In this document: piece by piece, positions 18,503 through 28,213 of the stretch | Layout of the letters: every line of letters starts with the position of its first letter | Numbering within the stretch: position 1 is the first letter of the stretch | Assembly (NCBI GenBank): GCA_050506795.1 | Contig: JBJHCF010000039.1 | Coordinates: 1 to 52,890, forward strand | Direction of reading: 5' to 3' | DNA length: 52,890 nt | DNA from: Opitutia bacterium | GTDB lineage: Bacteria > Verrucomicrobiota > Verrucomicrobiia > Opitutales > T3Sed10-336 | The notes under the pieces: model-generated | Told to the model about the DNA's origin: nothing | The model's input: only the letters and a program-made list of their open reading frames with translations | Databases searched by the model: none | Translations under genes and position numbers: made by a program

Positions 18503-20422
18503 CTACTGCGGCTTGGATTCGGTTGTCAGCACTCCGTCTTCCAACCAGCGGTAGCGGTCCCGCAGGACGGCCTGCGCCAGCCGGTAGCGTTCCCGTGAAA
18601 GACGGCGGTCGCGTCCACGCAACGCCTGCCGGATCCTTTTGCGGGCGCCGTCGCAGAACGTGTCGACCAGAGCCAGGATTTCCTGCCGCCGCTCGCGAGA
18701 AGGCGCCTCGGCAAGGTCGTCCCGGGCTCGCAGACAAGCCGCGGTGATGGCGAAAATCTCCGTGCCTGCGTCCACGATATTGCCGAGCAGCAATTGTTCG
18801 CGTTCCAGCTTGGGGCCGTGCCACAACATGGCGTGAAAGAGTTTCCGCGACAGTTTTCGCGCCGCCCGGGCGGCGTAACGCAGATGTGGTTTAAGCGGCG
18901 CCGGAAAACGGGAAAGCCCGGACGCCGGACGCGGCAGCCAGCGCGCCGGGTACCACCAAAGATAAAATCCGCCCGCCCGCAACAGGGCGCCGACCCGGGA
19001 TCCGAAGGAAAGGCGCGTGTCGAATATCGCTCCCGCGGTTTGAAGGTGCGGATCCAGGGCTTCCCGGGCCAGGAAGAGGCGCATGATTTCGCTCGAGCCT
19101 TCGAATATGGTGTTGATCCGGCTGTCCCTGAAATAGCGCTCCACCGGAATCGCTTCCTCTCCGCGGGCCCGCAGGGAGTCAGACGTTTCGTAGCCGCGTC
19201 CGCCTCGGATCTGAAGGGTGTCGTCGACGATTCTCCAGGCCGTTTCGGTGCCCCACATCTTGCACATGGCCGCTTCGAATCGAATGTCCGATCCGTGGAC
19301 CGTGTCGATGAGACGGGCGGTCAACAGATTCATGGCTTCCAGCGCGAAAACATCGCCTGCCAGGCGGCCGATCTTTTCGGCGATCGCGGCATGCTTTCCC
19401 ACCGGAGCGCCCCATTGCTCCCGCTCAAAGGCCCACTTGCGGTTGATCGCCAGACAGCGCTTGGCCAGACCGGAACAGGCCGCCGGCAGGGTCAACCGGC
19501 CGGTGTTCAGGGTGGTCAGGGCCACCTTCAATCCTTTGCCTTCCCCGAGGAGGATGTTCTCCCGGGGCACGTGGACGTTTTGAAAGCGAATGACGCCGTT
19601 GTAAAGCGCCCGCAACCCCATGAAGTGGCAGCGCCGGACGACTTCGACTCCGGGGGTGTCCATTTCCACGATGAACGCGGTGATCCCACCCCGGGACTTG
19701 CCATCGTTCTCCTTCGCCGGTGTGCGCGCCATGGCGATGATGACCGAAGCGCGGGTGCCGTTGGTGCACCAGAGTTTTTCTCCGTTGAGGATGAAGCCGT
19801 CGCCGGTTTCGTTCGGCACGGCTGTCGCTTCCATGCGCGAAGGGTCCGATCCTGCCTTTATTTCGGTGAGCGCGAACGCCGAAATCTCCCCCTTGGCGAA
19901 TCGCGGAAGGTATTTCGCTTTTTGCGCTTCCGTTCCGAAGAGCAGCAGCGGCTGAGGTACCCCGATCGACTGGTGTGCGGACAGGAGCGCCGTCAGATTG
20001 CCGCACCAACTTCCGAGCAGCGTCGCCGCGCGAATGTAGGCGGTCTGTGAAAGTCCGAGTCCTCCGTATTCCCGGGGAATTTTGATGCCAAACGCGCCGA
20101 TTCCGGCCAGTGCCTCGATTATTTCATCCGGAATTTCTCCCTCGGCATCGATTTGATCGGGATCCGCCCGGCGCAATACTCCGGCCAACCGCTCAAGAAA
20201 CCCCTCCGTGCGGGCTTCTTCCTCCGGGGCCGAATCCGGAAGCCGGAGCCGGTCGAGACGAAAATCTCCCTGGAAGATTCCGGCGGCAAAACCTTCTCCG
20301 CCGGGCAAACTGTCCCGTGCGGATTCGGTTGCTTCTATAGCGGCGCGCTGTCCGGCCGACATGCGCGATGTATCCACATGACTGCGACCTTCTTCCGGCG
20401 GCTCCTGGATCCGGCGGTTCAT
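18503..20422 (-). CDS. Acyl-CoA dehydrogenase (long, VLCAD/ACAD9-like)
   Basis: AFALTEIKAGSD, LNGEKLWCTNG, GGRGYE, IFEGSSEI, plus a C-terminal extension. Confidence 0.92.
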   Translation of the reverse strand: MNRRIQEPPEEGRSHVDTSRMSAGQRAAIEATESARDSLPGGEGFAAGIFQGDFRLDRLRLPDSAPEEEARTEGFLERLAGVLRRADPDQIDAEGEIPDEIIEALAGIGAFGIKIPREYGGLGLSQTAYIRAATLLGSWCGNLTALLSAHQSIGVPQPLLLFGTEAQKAKYLPRFAKGEISAFALTEIKAGSDPSRMEATAVPNETGDGFILNGEKLWCTNGTRASVIIAMARTPAKENDGKSRGGITAFIVEMDTPGVEVVRRCHFMGLRALYNGVIRFQNVHVPRENILLGEGKGLKVALTTLNTGRLTLPAACSGLAKRCLAINRKWAFEREQWGAPVGKHAAIAEKIGRLAGDVFALEAMNLLTARLIDTVHGSDIRFEAAMCKMWGTETAWRIVDDTLQIRGGRGYETSDSLRARGEEAIPVERYFRDSRINTIFEGSSEIMRLFLAREALDPHLQTAGAIFDTRLSFGSRVGALLRAGGFYLWWYPARWLPRPASGLSRFPAPLKPHLRYAARAARKLSRKLFHAMLWHGPKLEREQLLLGNIVDAGTEIFAITAACLRARDDLAEAPSRERRQEILALVDTFCDGARKRIRQALRGRDRRLSRERYRLAQAVLRDRYRWLEDGVLTTESKPQ

Positions 20423-22560
20423 GACGAATAAATCCGCTCCTTTCGTCGTGCTTTCTCCAGCAGCAATGCGCAGGGATGAAAGCGTTTACCTGTGCTTTCT
20501 TCAAGCACCCGCAACCGTTCCACAACTTTCTCCAATCCCACCGCATCCGCGTGCCGCAGGGGACCTCCGCGAAATGGCGCGAACCCGGCGCCCAGGACCA
20601 TGGCCAGATCTATATCGTCGGCGCCGGCGGCTATCCCTTCCTCCAGGCAGAGAGCGGCTTCGTTGATGAGCGCCAATATCGGACGTTCCGCCAGCTTCTC
20701 ACCCGAAGGCGCGTCCTCCGCTGTTCCCGGCCGGGAACGTTCGAGTTTGCTGCTGGGCTCCGACCGGCGGCCGCCGTGGTCGTAGAACCCGCCGCCGCTT
20801 TTCCTTCCCAAACGTTTGTCCTCAATCAGTGTACTCAATACCTTCGGTACTTTCATTCGCTCCGGGTAGGCCTCCGCCAATGTGCGGGCCACGTGCCCGG
20901 CGACATCGATGCCGACTTCGTCGAGCAGGCGGAGGGGGCCCATGGGCATACCGAATTCAGTCATGGCGGTATCGATTTTCTCAACGGAGAATCCCTCCTC
21001 CCACAGCACGGCGGCCTCGACGAGGTAAGGCATGAGGATACGGTTGACCAGGAAACCGGGCCGGTCCGCGACCGCCACCGGAACCTTGCCCGCGGCGCGC
21101 GCCAGATCCAGAGCGGCCGCCTTGACCTCCGGCTCCGTTTTTTCTCCGGGAACGATTTCCACCAGCGGCATGCGGTGGACGGGATTGAAAAAATGCATGC
21201 CGACCACCCGTTCCGGCTTTCGGCAGGCGGAGGCGATTTCCGTGACCGAGAGCGCCGAAGTGTTGGTGGCCAGAATGGTGTCTTCGGCGGTGCGGGCTTC
21301 CAGGTGTTTGAAGATCTCCTGCTTCACCGCCAACTCCTCGGCGGCCGCTTCGATGACCAGGCTGGTGCGAGTTAATGGGACGTCTCCCACCGCCGGGGAG
21401 ATTCGATCCCGTCCCCGCCCCGCCTCGTGCCGGGTCAGCGCGTGTTTCTTCACGCCCTGATCGTACAGGCGTTCTATGGACCGCATCCCGCGGTCGAGCG
21501 GTTCGGGAGCAATATCGTTGACAATCACCCGCGCGCCGCGGGCGGAGAACCATTGCGCCAGCCCCGCTCCCATCACCCCGGCGCCGATCACCGCCATGCG
21601 TTCCGGGAGTGTCGCCTTTCCGCTTTTCTTCGAGGCCTTTTCCCGGAGGAAGAAAAGGCGTATAAGGTTTTTGCACACGTCGGTCGACGCCGCTTGAACG
21701 ATCTCTTCCTTTTCCAGCAGCAGGCTTTGCCGGGTCGGTCGGAGCGCACCCTCCGTGATTACTTTCAGCGCCAGCCCCGGGGCAGGGTAGTGGGCGGCGG
21801 TGGACTTGAGTTTGCGTTCCGCCAAATACCTGACCACCGGCGCCTGCAAACGCCGCAAGGTGGCGACAACGGTGCGGACGGGTCGCTTTTTGCCGGAGAG
21901 GGCGTTGCGTGTGGCCAGGTCAGAGAGGTGTTCCCGGGCGCACACCGCATCCACCAGGCCGCGCTTTTTCGCCTGCATGGCGGGCAGAAGTTTGCCCTTG
22001 AGAATGAGGTCGGCGGCGGCGGCCGGTCCCAGCAGGCGGGTTAAACGGGTGCAGCCGCCCCAGGCCGGGATGAGCCCGAGTTGTGTCTCGGGCAGGCCGA
22101 TGCGAGTGGAACGGTGGTCGGAGGCGACGCGCCAGTCGCAAGCCAAAGCCAGTTCGCACCCGCCGCCGGCGCAGGCTCCGTGTACCGCCGCCACTGTGGG
22201 CGCCGGAAAGTCCGCGATCCGTTGAAAGGTTTTCTGCCCGAGTTCAACAAGGGCTTCGATATCTCCGACGGAAGCATTCCCGGAAAGGGCGTTCAGGTCC
22301 GCTCCGGCGATGAAGATCGACGGTTTGGCTGAGGCGAAAATCAGTCCCTGTATCCCGGAGGAGGCGTAGAGGGAATCGAGCAGTCGTCCAAGTTCTTCGA
22401 ATACGGCTCCGTCCAACAGATTCGCTGAGGAGCCCGGTCGGTCGAAGGTGATCACGGCCACACCGTCGTTCCGCCGATCAAGCCTGACGCCGGAAGACGA
22501 AACGGTCTGCTCCTTCTCGCCGGGAGCCTTTATGGCGTTGTTGTCTTTTTTATCCTCCAT
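20419..22560 (-). CDS. Fatty-acid oxidation complex alpha subunit (enoyl-CoA hydratase/3-hydroxyacyl-CoA dehydrogenase), FadB/FadJ family
   Basis: GGGCELALACD, LPETQLG, GAGVMG, TNTSALS, GMHFFNP. Confidence 0.93.
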   Translation of the reverse strand: MEDKKDNNAIKAPGEKEQTVSSSGVRLDRRNDGVAVITFDRPGSSANLLDGAVFEELGRLLDSLYASSGIQGLIFASAKPSIFIAGADLNALSGNASVGDIEALVELGQKTFQRIADFPAPTVAAVHGACAGGGCELALACDWRVASDHRSTRIGLPETQLGLIPAWGGCTRLTRLLGPAAAADLILKGKLLPAMQAKKRGLVDAVCAREHLSDLATRNALSGKKRPVRTVVATLRRLQAPVVRYLAERKLKSTAAHYPAPGLALKVITEGALRPTRQSLLLEKEEIVQAASTDVCKNLIRLFFLREKASKKSGKATLPERMAVIGAGVMGAGLAQWFSARGARVIVNDIAPEPLDRGMRSIERLYDQGVKKHALTRHEAGRGRDRISPAVGDVPLTRTSLVIEAAAEELAVKQEIFKHLEARTAEDTILATNTSALSVTEIASACRKPERVVGMHFFNPVHRMPLVEIVPGEKTEPEVKAAALDLARAAGKVPVAVADRPGFLVNRILMPYLVEAAVLWEEGFSVEKIDTAMTEFGMPMGPLRLLDEVGIDVAGHVARTLAEAYPERMKVPKVLSTLIEDKRLGRKSGGGFYDHGGRRSEPSSKLERSRPGTAEDAPSGEKLAERPILALINEAALCLEEGIAAGADDIDLAMVLGAGFAPFRGGPLRHADAVGLEKVVERLRVLEESTGKRFHPCALLLEKARRKERIYSS

Positions 22561-22596
22561 ATCTGTCCGCAGTCCGATGAGATTCGCATTCTTTAA

Positions 22597-23889
22597 TCAT
22601 TCACGTTCGAACCAGAGCGCGGCTCCCTGACCTCCGCCGACGCAGAGCGTGACCAAAGCTTTTTTCCCGTTTCGGCGGCGTAATTCCCGCAGGGCGGTCA
22701 AAACGAGCCGGGCGCCCGATGCGCCAACCGGATGTCCCAGGGCGATGGCGCCGCCGTTGACGTTGAGAATCTTCCGGTCCGGCGACCCCAGGCAGCGATC
22801 CCGTCCCAGGGCGTCGCGCGCGAAATCCGATGACTCCATGGCCCGCAGCACGGCCAGCACCTGGCCGGCAAAGGCTTCGTTGATTTCGACCAGGTCGGCG
22901 TCCGCCGGGAAAAATTTGCCGGGATAGGCCGACTGCAGCCGGGCTATGGCGTGCATCGGTCCCAGCCCCATGCGTTTGGGGTCGCAACCGGCGTAAGCGG
23001 AGGCCGTGAGGTAACCCAAAGGTTCCAGCCCCAGCTTGCGGGTGCGGGTCTCCGTAGCCACCAGAAGGGCCACTGCGCCGTCGGTGATCTGAGACGCGTT
23101 GCCGGGTGTGATTGTGCCGCACTGCCGATCGAAAGCGGGTTTCAGTTTAGCCAGGGCCTCGAACGATTGCTCCGGTCGCGGGCCGTTGTCGTCCAGGATC
23201 GGTCCGGAATATCGATCCGATGCCGCATACACCGGGCAGATTTCCTCCCTAAGCTTTTCCCGGGCGGCAACCGCGCGCCGGTGCGACTCCAGAGCGAACG
23301 CGTCCTGCTCCTCGCGCGGAACTTTCCATTCGCGCACCAGGACTTCGGCCGTCTCACCCATGTTCAGGCCGCACACCGGATCGGTCAGACCCAAAGCCAA
23401 CCCCACGCGGGGTCGGAAATCTGAGGGGCGAAAACCCGCCGCCGCCTTCGCTTTACACAAGAAGGATTTCGCGCGGGCGAGCCGGGCGAAACGGTCGGCC
23501 GCGCATTCCGAAAAGAAGAGAGGTATCCGGCTCATGCTTTCGGTTCCGCCGACAACAAACACTTCCCCGCGGCCGGCGACCATCTTTTCCTCGGCCTGGG
23601 TAATCGTTTCCAGCCCGGACGCGCAGTTGCGATGCACCGTCACGGCGGGCGTCCGCTCCGGCAGACCGGCGCGCAGAGCGATGACGCGCGCCAGGTTGGC
23701 GGCTTCAGCCGGTTGGGCGACGCAGCCAAAGATCACTTCATCGACCACCGCCGGATCGATCCCGGTGCGCGTCAACAGGGCGTCGACTGCGATCCGTCCC
23801 AGGTCGTCGGCGCTCAGACCGGCGAGCTCCGTCCCCATCCGGCAAAACGGGGTTCGCAATCCGGCGACCACTGCCAGGCGGTCCGGCAT
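22597..23889 (-). CDS. 3-ketoacyl-CoA thiolase (FadA/FadI family)
   Basis: RNCASG, NEAF, GHPVGASG, CVGGGQG. Confidence 0.93.
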   Translation of the reverse strand: MPDRLAVVAGLRTPFCRMGTELAGLSADDLGRIAVDALLTRTGIDPAVVDEVIFGCVAQPAEAANLARVIALRAGLPERTPAVTVHRNCASGLETITQAEEKMVAGRGEVFVVGGTESMSRIPLFFSECAADRFARLARAKSFLCKAKAAAGFRPSDFRPRVGLALGLTDPVCGLNMGETAEVLVREWKVPREEQDAFALESHRRAVAAREKLREEICPVYAASDRYSGPILDDNGPRPEQSFEALAKLKPAFDRQCGTITPGNASQITDGAVALLVATETRTRKLGLEPLGYLTASAYAGCDPKRMGLGPMHAIARLQSAYPGKFFPADADLVEINEAFAGQVLAVLRAMESSDFARDALGRDRCLGSPDRKILNVNGGAIALGHPVGASGARLVLTALRELRRRNGKKALVTLCVGGGQGAALWFERE

Positions 23890-25409
23890 CAGGTCTCGGC
23901 CTCCTCAGCCAGGTTGGCGGTGTTACGTGCTTCCTCGGCCCGCAGTCGCCGGTCGACCACTTTTTCCTCCTTAAGGGCCGTGCCGACTCCGTGCAGTTCG
24001 CGCATCTCGCTCAAGCTGTGAAAATCGACCCCGTTCGGTCTGAGTTCAAACCGTTCCTCGAACACCCGGCCGATGCGTTTCCTGATTTTGTCATGATCGC
24101 GGCTGCCGGTGCCGATATGAATGATGATCTCATCGAGGTCCATGGGATCGTCGTTGGCTTTGCGCAACTCAATCTGCCAGGAACCAACGCCCTCGACTTC
24201 CTCCAGCACGTTTTCCAGTTCGTTGAAATCGATCAGCGTGCCCTTGAGCTTATCGAAGTTCATTTCCCGCACCTCGGACTTGCGCGAGATCCGTCCAACC
24301 AGCCGCGGCGCGGACCTGCCGCAGCAGGGGCACGTTTCGTAGCGGAGTCCGCCGTCGATCAGGTCCCCGGTGCGGTAACGCACCACCACCGAGCCCCTCG
24401 CGTCGAGCGGGGTGAAGACGATTTCACCGGGATGCCCCGGCGGAAGAACGCGGCCGGTTTCGGGATCGATCACTTCGATCAGGGCGAGGTCGGGATAAAG
24501 GTGATACCCAGACGGTTCGGATTCGCGGGGGAAGGGGCACTCGCCAAAAGCCATCTTCGCTTCGGTGAACCCGTAGGTCGCCAGAACATGGATGTCGCCG
24601 GACCCCAACTCTTCGGCCATGGAGCGAAGTTTGCGACGCATTCCGGCCGGTGCTTTTTCACCGCCCAGGATCAGGCGTTTCAGGGAGTCGCAGCGCCGCT
24701 TCTCCTCCAGCATTTGTTGCAGGACGTGATAAAGGAAGGTGGGCATGCCGATCAAAGCCTGCGGGGTGACCTTGGCAATCAACTGGATGTTCTTATCCGT
24801 TCCCATCACCTTCCCTCCGCCGGTGCTCAAAGTGAACAGCCTGGACTCCACGCTGCCATAGTGCACCTGCCAGAACGCGAGGTGCGGGGCGAAAGGGAAA
24901 AGGTTCATCACCCGGTACTCGGGTTCGGTGTCGAATACCTGCACCAAACGTTGGCCCGCCAGCGTCAGGTTGTCGAGGTCGTGCGCGCTATAAAGAAACG
25001 TGACCGGATCCGAAGACCGTCCGGTGGTGGCGGTGAGAAAGACCGGACGATATTCGCGTTCGAGAGCCGCCCTGGCCGAGGCCTTTCCGCGAGTCAGCGC
25101 GCGGAAAACGGTTCCCGGGCGCCGGGCGAGTGCTTTCCGGTCGGGGATCAGAACGAATTCGCGCGTCCGTTCCGGATGCTCTTCGGTGGGCAACAGGTCT
25201 TTTTTGGAGGTGAAAGGGAGTTTTTCGAACTGGTCGAAATCACGCAGTTGCCCGGGGGAAATGCCCGCCTGATGAAACTGTTCCGCGTAGTAGGCGGAGA
25301 ACGGCGCGACCTGTTTCTCAAGGAAGCGACGCAGTTTCCGGAGTTGGAGTTCGCGGATTTCGCTTTCCTCAAGTTGATCCCAGTGTTTCGTCAGCCGGCG
25401 GGCCGTCAT
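23889..25409 (-). CDS. Phenylacetate-CoA-ligase (PaaK)-like AMP-forming enzyme
   Basis: LPFTSKKDL, TATTGRS, YGFTE, RYRTGD. ATG 25409 is preceded by a strong SD (AAGGAGGT). Confidence 0.8.
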   Translation of the reverse strand: MTARRLTKHWDQLEESEIRELQLRKLRRFLEKQVAPFSAYYAEQFHQAGISPGQLRDFDQFEKLPFTSKKDLLPTEEHPERTREFVLIPDRKALARRPGTVFRALTRGKASARAALEREYRPVFLTATTGRSSDPVTFLYSAHDLDNLTLAGQRLVQVFDTEPEYRVMNLFPFAPHLAFWQVHYGSVESRLFTLSTGGGKVMGTDKNIQLIAKVTPQALIGMPTFLYHVLQQMLEEKRRCDSLKRLILGGEKAPAGMRRKLRSMAEELGSGDIHVLATYGFTEAKMAFGECPFPRESEPSGYHLYPDLALIEVIDPETGRVLPPGHPGEIVFTPLDARGSVVVRYRTGDLIDGGLRYETCPCCGRSAPRLVGRISRKSEVREMNFDKLKGTLIDFNELENVLEEVEGVGSWQIELRKANDDPMDLDEIIIHIGTGSRDHDKIRKRIGRVFEERFELRPNGVDFHSLSEMRELHGVGTALKEEKVVDRRLRAEEARNTANLAEEAET

Positions 25410-25467
25410 CGCAGATCCACCTCCTTTCCGCTTAGAGACCGGACAAGCCGGCCCTGAAGCCGCGGCT

Positions 25468-25502
25468 AACGTACGCCGAAAGCAAGGTGTTGTCAAACAA
25501 CA
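25468..25502 (-). promoter_or_regulatory. Sigma70 promoter of the beta-oxidation operon with an overlapping inverted repeat
   Basis: Minus strand TTGACA (25496-25491), N17, TACGTT (25473-25468). TGTTG-N5-CAACA (25488-25502) covers the -35. Confidence 0.6.
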
Positions 25503-25609
25503 GCTCCGCCATACCGGGTCAACGAGATAATCAACCGGTTCGTCTTGTCGACCTGCCTGCGATCCCGTATTTTACCACCGGATCCAACCGGCTCAACGGG
25601 AACACCCTC

Positions 25610-26773
25610 ATGACGCGCATTGAAGGCAATTCAGAAAAAAACGTGGCCCTGGTGCTCAGCGGGGGCGGGGCGCGCAACGCCTACCACGCCGGGTTCCTGG
25701 CGGAACTGGCGCCTTGGTTCCCGGACCTGTCCATCGACATCCTGACCGGCGCATCCGCCGGGGCCATCAATCTGGCGCACCTCGCGGCGAGCGAGAAACC
25801 GCTTCCCGAAGCGCTGGAGGACCTGGTCGGGATCTGGTCGCGAATCGAAGTCAGCGACGTCTTTAACATTTCAACGAGATCATTGGCCGGTCACGTGGGC
25901 AGTTGGGCGCTGAGTCTCCTTTCGGGGAAGGCGGGTAAATTCTCCGCTATGCGGGGAATGGTGGATACCGCGCCATTGCGCCGCCTGCTTCAGCGGGAAC
26001 TGCAAACCGACGGCGGTCCGGTGAAAGGAATTCGCGAAAATATCGAGCGCGGTCGGCTCCGGGCCATCGCCGTGACGGCGACCAACTACACCACCGGCCG
26101 CACGGTCACCTTTGTCCAAGGGCAGAACATCGAAAACTGGGAGCGGGCCAACCGGGTCAGCATGGAAGTGGAAATCGGCGTCGATCATATCATGGCCTCC
26201 ACTTCGCTGCCGTTTTTCTTTCCCGCGGTCAAGGTGGGCGACGCGTGGTACGGCGATGGTGGAATCCGCATGAACGCGCCCCTGGCCCCTGCCGTGCACC
26301 TCGGCGCCAACCGGATTCTCGCTATCTCCACCCGGTTTCCGCGCTCGGCCGAGCAGGCTGAACGCGACCGTTCGCCCGGGTACCCGCCCCCTGCTCAGAT
26401 TCTCAGCACACTCTTCGATGCCATCTTCCTGGACATGTTCGATTACGACGCGCATCAATTGGAGCGTTACAATCGGCTTCTCTATGACCTGCCGCAACCC
26501 CTGCGCGGATCGCTGCGGCCCGTCAAACTGCTGCTGATACGCCCTTCGCAGGATCTCGGCCGGCTCGCCAATGAATTCGAAGCCAAACTTCCCCGGACTT
26601 TTCGTTATCTCACCCGCGGTTTGGGCACCAAGGAAACCGGCCACAACGATGCGCTCAGTATTATCTCCTTCCAGCACGAATATCTCGCGCGGGTTATGGA
26701 AATCGGTCGTGCCGACGCCCACGCGAACCGCGAAGCGTTCGCGTCTTTTCTGGAAGGCGACGATTTCCCTTGA
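25610..26773 (+). CDS. Patatin-like phospholipase/esterase
   Basis: LSGGGARNAY oxyanion loop, GASAG nucleophile, DGG catalytic Asp; start 25610 inferred. Confidence 0.9.
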   Translation: MTRIEGNSEKNVALVLSGGGARNAYHAGFLAELAPWFPDLSIDILTGASAGAINLAHLAASEKPLPEALEDLVGIWSRIEVSDVFNISTRSLAGHVGSWALSLLSGKAGKFSAMRGMVDTAPLRRLLQRELQTDGGPVKGIRENIERGRLRAIAVTATNYTTGRTVTFVQGQNIENWERANRVSMEVEIGVDHIMASTSLPFFFPAVKVGDAWYGDGGIRMNAPLAPAVHLGANRILAISTRFPRSAEQAERDRSPGYPPPAQILSTLFDAIFLDMFDYDAHQLERYNRLLYDLPQPLRGSLRPVKLLLIRPSQDLGRLANEFEAKLPRTFRYLTRGLGTKETGHNDALSIISFQHEYLARVMEIGRADAHANREAFASFLEGDDFP

Positions 26774-26813
26774 GCGGGATTAAGTGCTGAATGGTGGTAA
26801 TGAAAATTCTGAT

Positions 26814-27530
26814 TCAAACCGAAGCCAGAACCCGACAGTAATGCCATCGGGCTATAATTCCTTCGGGATGGGAGCAGGCGGTTTCGCAGGAGCGAAGGAG
26901 GGCGCGCATTTCGGGGGCGCTCAGACGCGGCCCGCGAGTGGCTCCCACTCCGTGCAAACTGCGAAAGAGGTCCAATGCGGCAGGGTAGGTGCGGGATGCT
27001 ACCCGGGTTTCGCAGGCGTCGACAGCAAACCCGCTTTGCCTGAATAGTCGCTGCCAATCGTCGGCTTCGCGATAACGGATGGGGGCGTGCGGTCCGAGGA
27101 GACGGTGCAGTTTCGGGATGGCGCCGTTGACAAAAAAACCCGCCAGGATCCGTCCGCCGGGCGTCAGGTTCCGGCGCCAGATCTGCAGCAGCTTTTCCGG
27201 GTCGTCGCACCATTGCAGGAAACTGCACGAAAAGATCCGGTCGAACCTCGCACCGTCCGCCGCGGCAGCCTCCCGCACCAGCCAATCGATCTCCGGCAGA
27301 CGTCGGCGTCCGGCGGCCACCATTTGCGGTGAAAGGTCGGTGGCGATCAGGTTTCCCCGCCAGGGTAACAGGTGCCTGGTGAAAAGGCCGGTCCCGGCCG
27401 CAATCTCCAGTGCGGCGCCGTGGCGATCGTCCGGAATCCATTCCGCCAGCCAGGCCGCCATCTCCGCCTGGATATCGGCAAAGGCATCGTAGCGGCCGGC
27501 GGCGCGATCGAAGCGGGGGAGGTGAGTCAT
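26814..27530 (-). CDS. bioC: Malonyl-ACP O-methyltransferase BioC-like
   Basis: FDRAAGRYD..ADIQ N-terminus, SAM motif LEIAAGTG, LQW; last gene of the bio operon. Confidence 0.8.
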   Translation of the reverse strand: MTHLPRFDRAAGRYDAFADIQAEMAAWLAEWIPDDRHGAALEIAAGTGLFTRHLLPWRGNLIATDLSPQMVAAGRRRLPEIDWLVREAAAADGARFDRIFSCSFLQWCDDPEKLLQIWRRNLTPGGRILAGFFVNGAIPKLHRLLGPHAPIRYREADDWQRLFRQSGFAVDACETRVASRTYPAALDLFRSLHGVGATRGPRLSAPEMRALLRSCETACSHPEGIIARWHYCRVLASV

Positions 27531-28204
27531 GAGGACGGTTCCTCCGTCGGATCGTCGTTGCCTTCACTCCAAACGCCGGCCAGCGCACTGATCAGGGGAA
27601 TGGGATGGTGTCCCGCGCCGGGAATACCTCGCGTTTGCCGGCAGAGCTCACGCAGCCGCGGGGTGTCCAGAAGTGGGTCGTTCTCGCCGGCCAGCACCAC
27701 GGACCCGTTGGGTACCCTTGGTTCCACTCGTCCTTCCCGCAACGCGGTCAATCCGGCGGCCAGAATATCCCGGGGATAGGGAACCGGGCCACCGTCTCCC
27801 AGTTCGGTCAGGCCGGCGCGTCGGTAAAAGTCGATCAGGGCTTCTTCCGGGTCACGGCGGAACCACCGTTCGAGGAAACGCAAACGGGTAAGCGGCACCC
27901 GTCCTCCCAGTCCCGCTTCCGCGGCAAAGGCGAAGAAGGGCGCGAGAAGTGCCAGCGGGCGGCCGGACGGCGATTCTTGTTCCGCCTGTAGCAGGAGGAA
28001 AGCGCCCAGCGAATACCCGATGAGCCGGTCGAAGGAATCCCGCTGTCCGCGCCAATCGCCCTCCGGATCCGGCGGCACAACCTGATGCGCGGTCCCGGGA
28101 AAGGCGGTTGTCGCCTGCCTTTCCAACCACTCCGGAGGCACCCCCCATCCGCCAATCCAAAGCCAGGTCATATCGTGATTCCAGTGTTCTTTGAAGTTTT
28201 TCAA
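27527..28204 (-). CDS. Alpha/beta hydrolase, probable pimeloyl-ACP methyl ester esterase (BioH functional equivalent)
   Basis: GGWG, GYSLG nucleophile, GENDPLL, GAGH; located between bioF and bioC. Confidence 0.7.
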   Translation of the reverse strand: MKNFKEHWNHDMTWLWIGGWGVPPEWLERQATTAFPGTAHQVVPPDPEGDWRGQRDSFDRLIGYSLGAFLLLQAEQESPSGRPLALLAPFFAFAAEAGLGGRVPLTRLRFLERWFRRDPEEALIDFYRRAGLTELGDGGPVPYPRDILAAGLTALREGRVEPRVPNGSVVLAGENDPLLDTPRLRELCRQTRGIPGAGHHPIPLISALAGVWSEGNDDPTEEPSS

Positions 28205-28213
28205 TCCCGTACC

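Noticed and set aside
14397..18824. Long minus-strand ORFs (572, 515 aa)
   Set aside because: Antisense shadows of the 1218-aa gene caused by GC-rich codon bias; no motifs.
23991..25457. 488-aa plus-strand ORF
   Set aside because: Antisense shadow of the CoA ligase.
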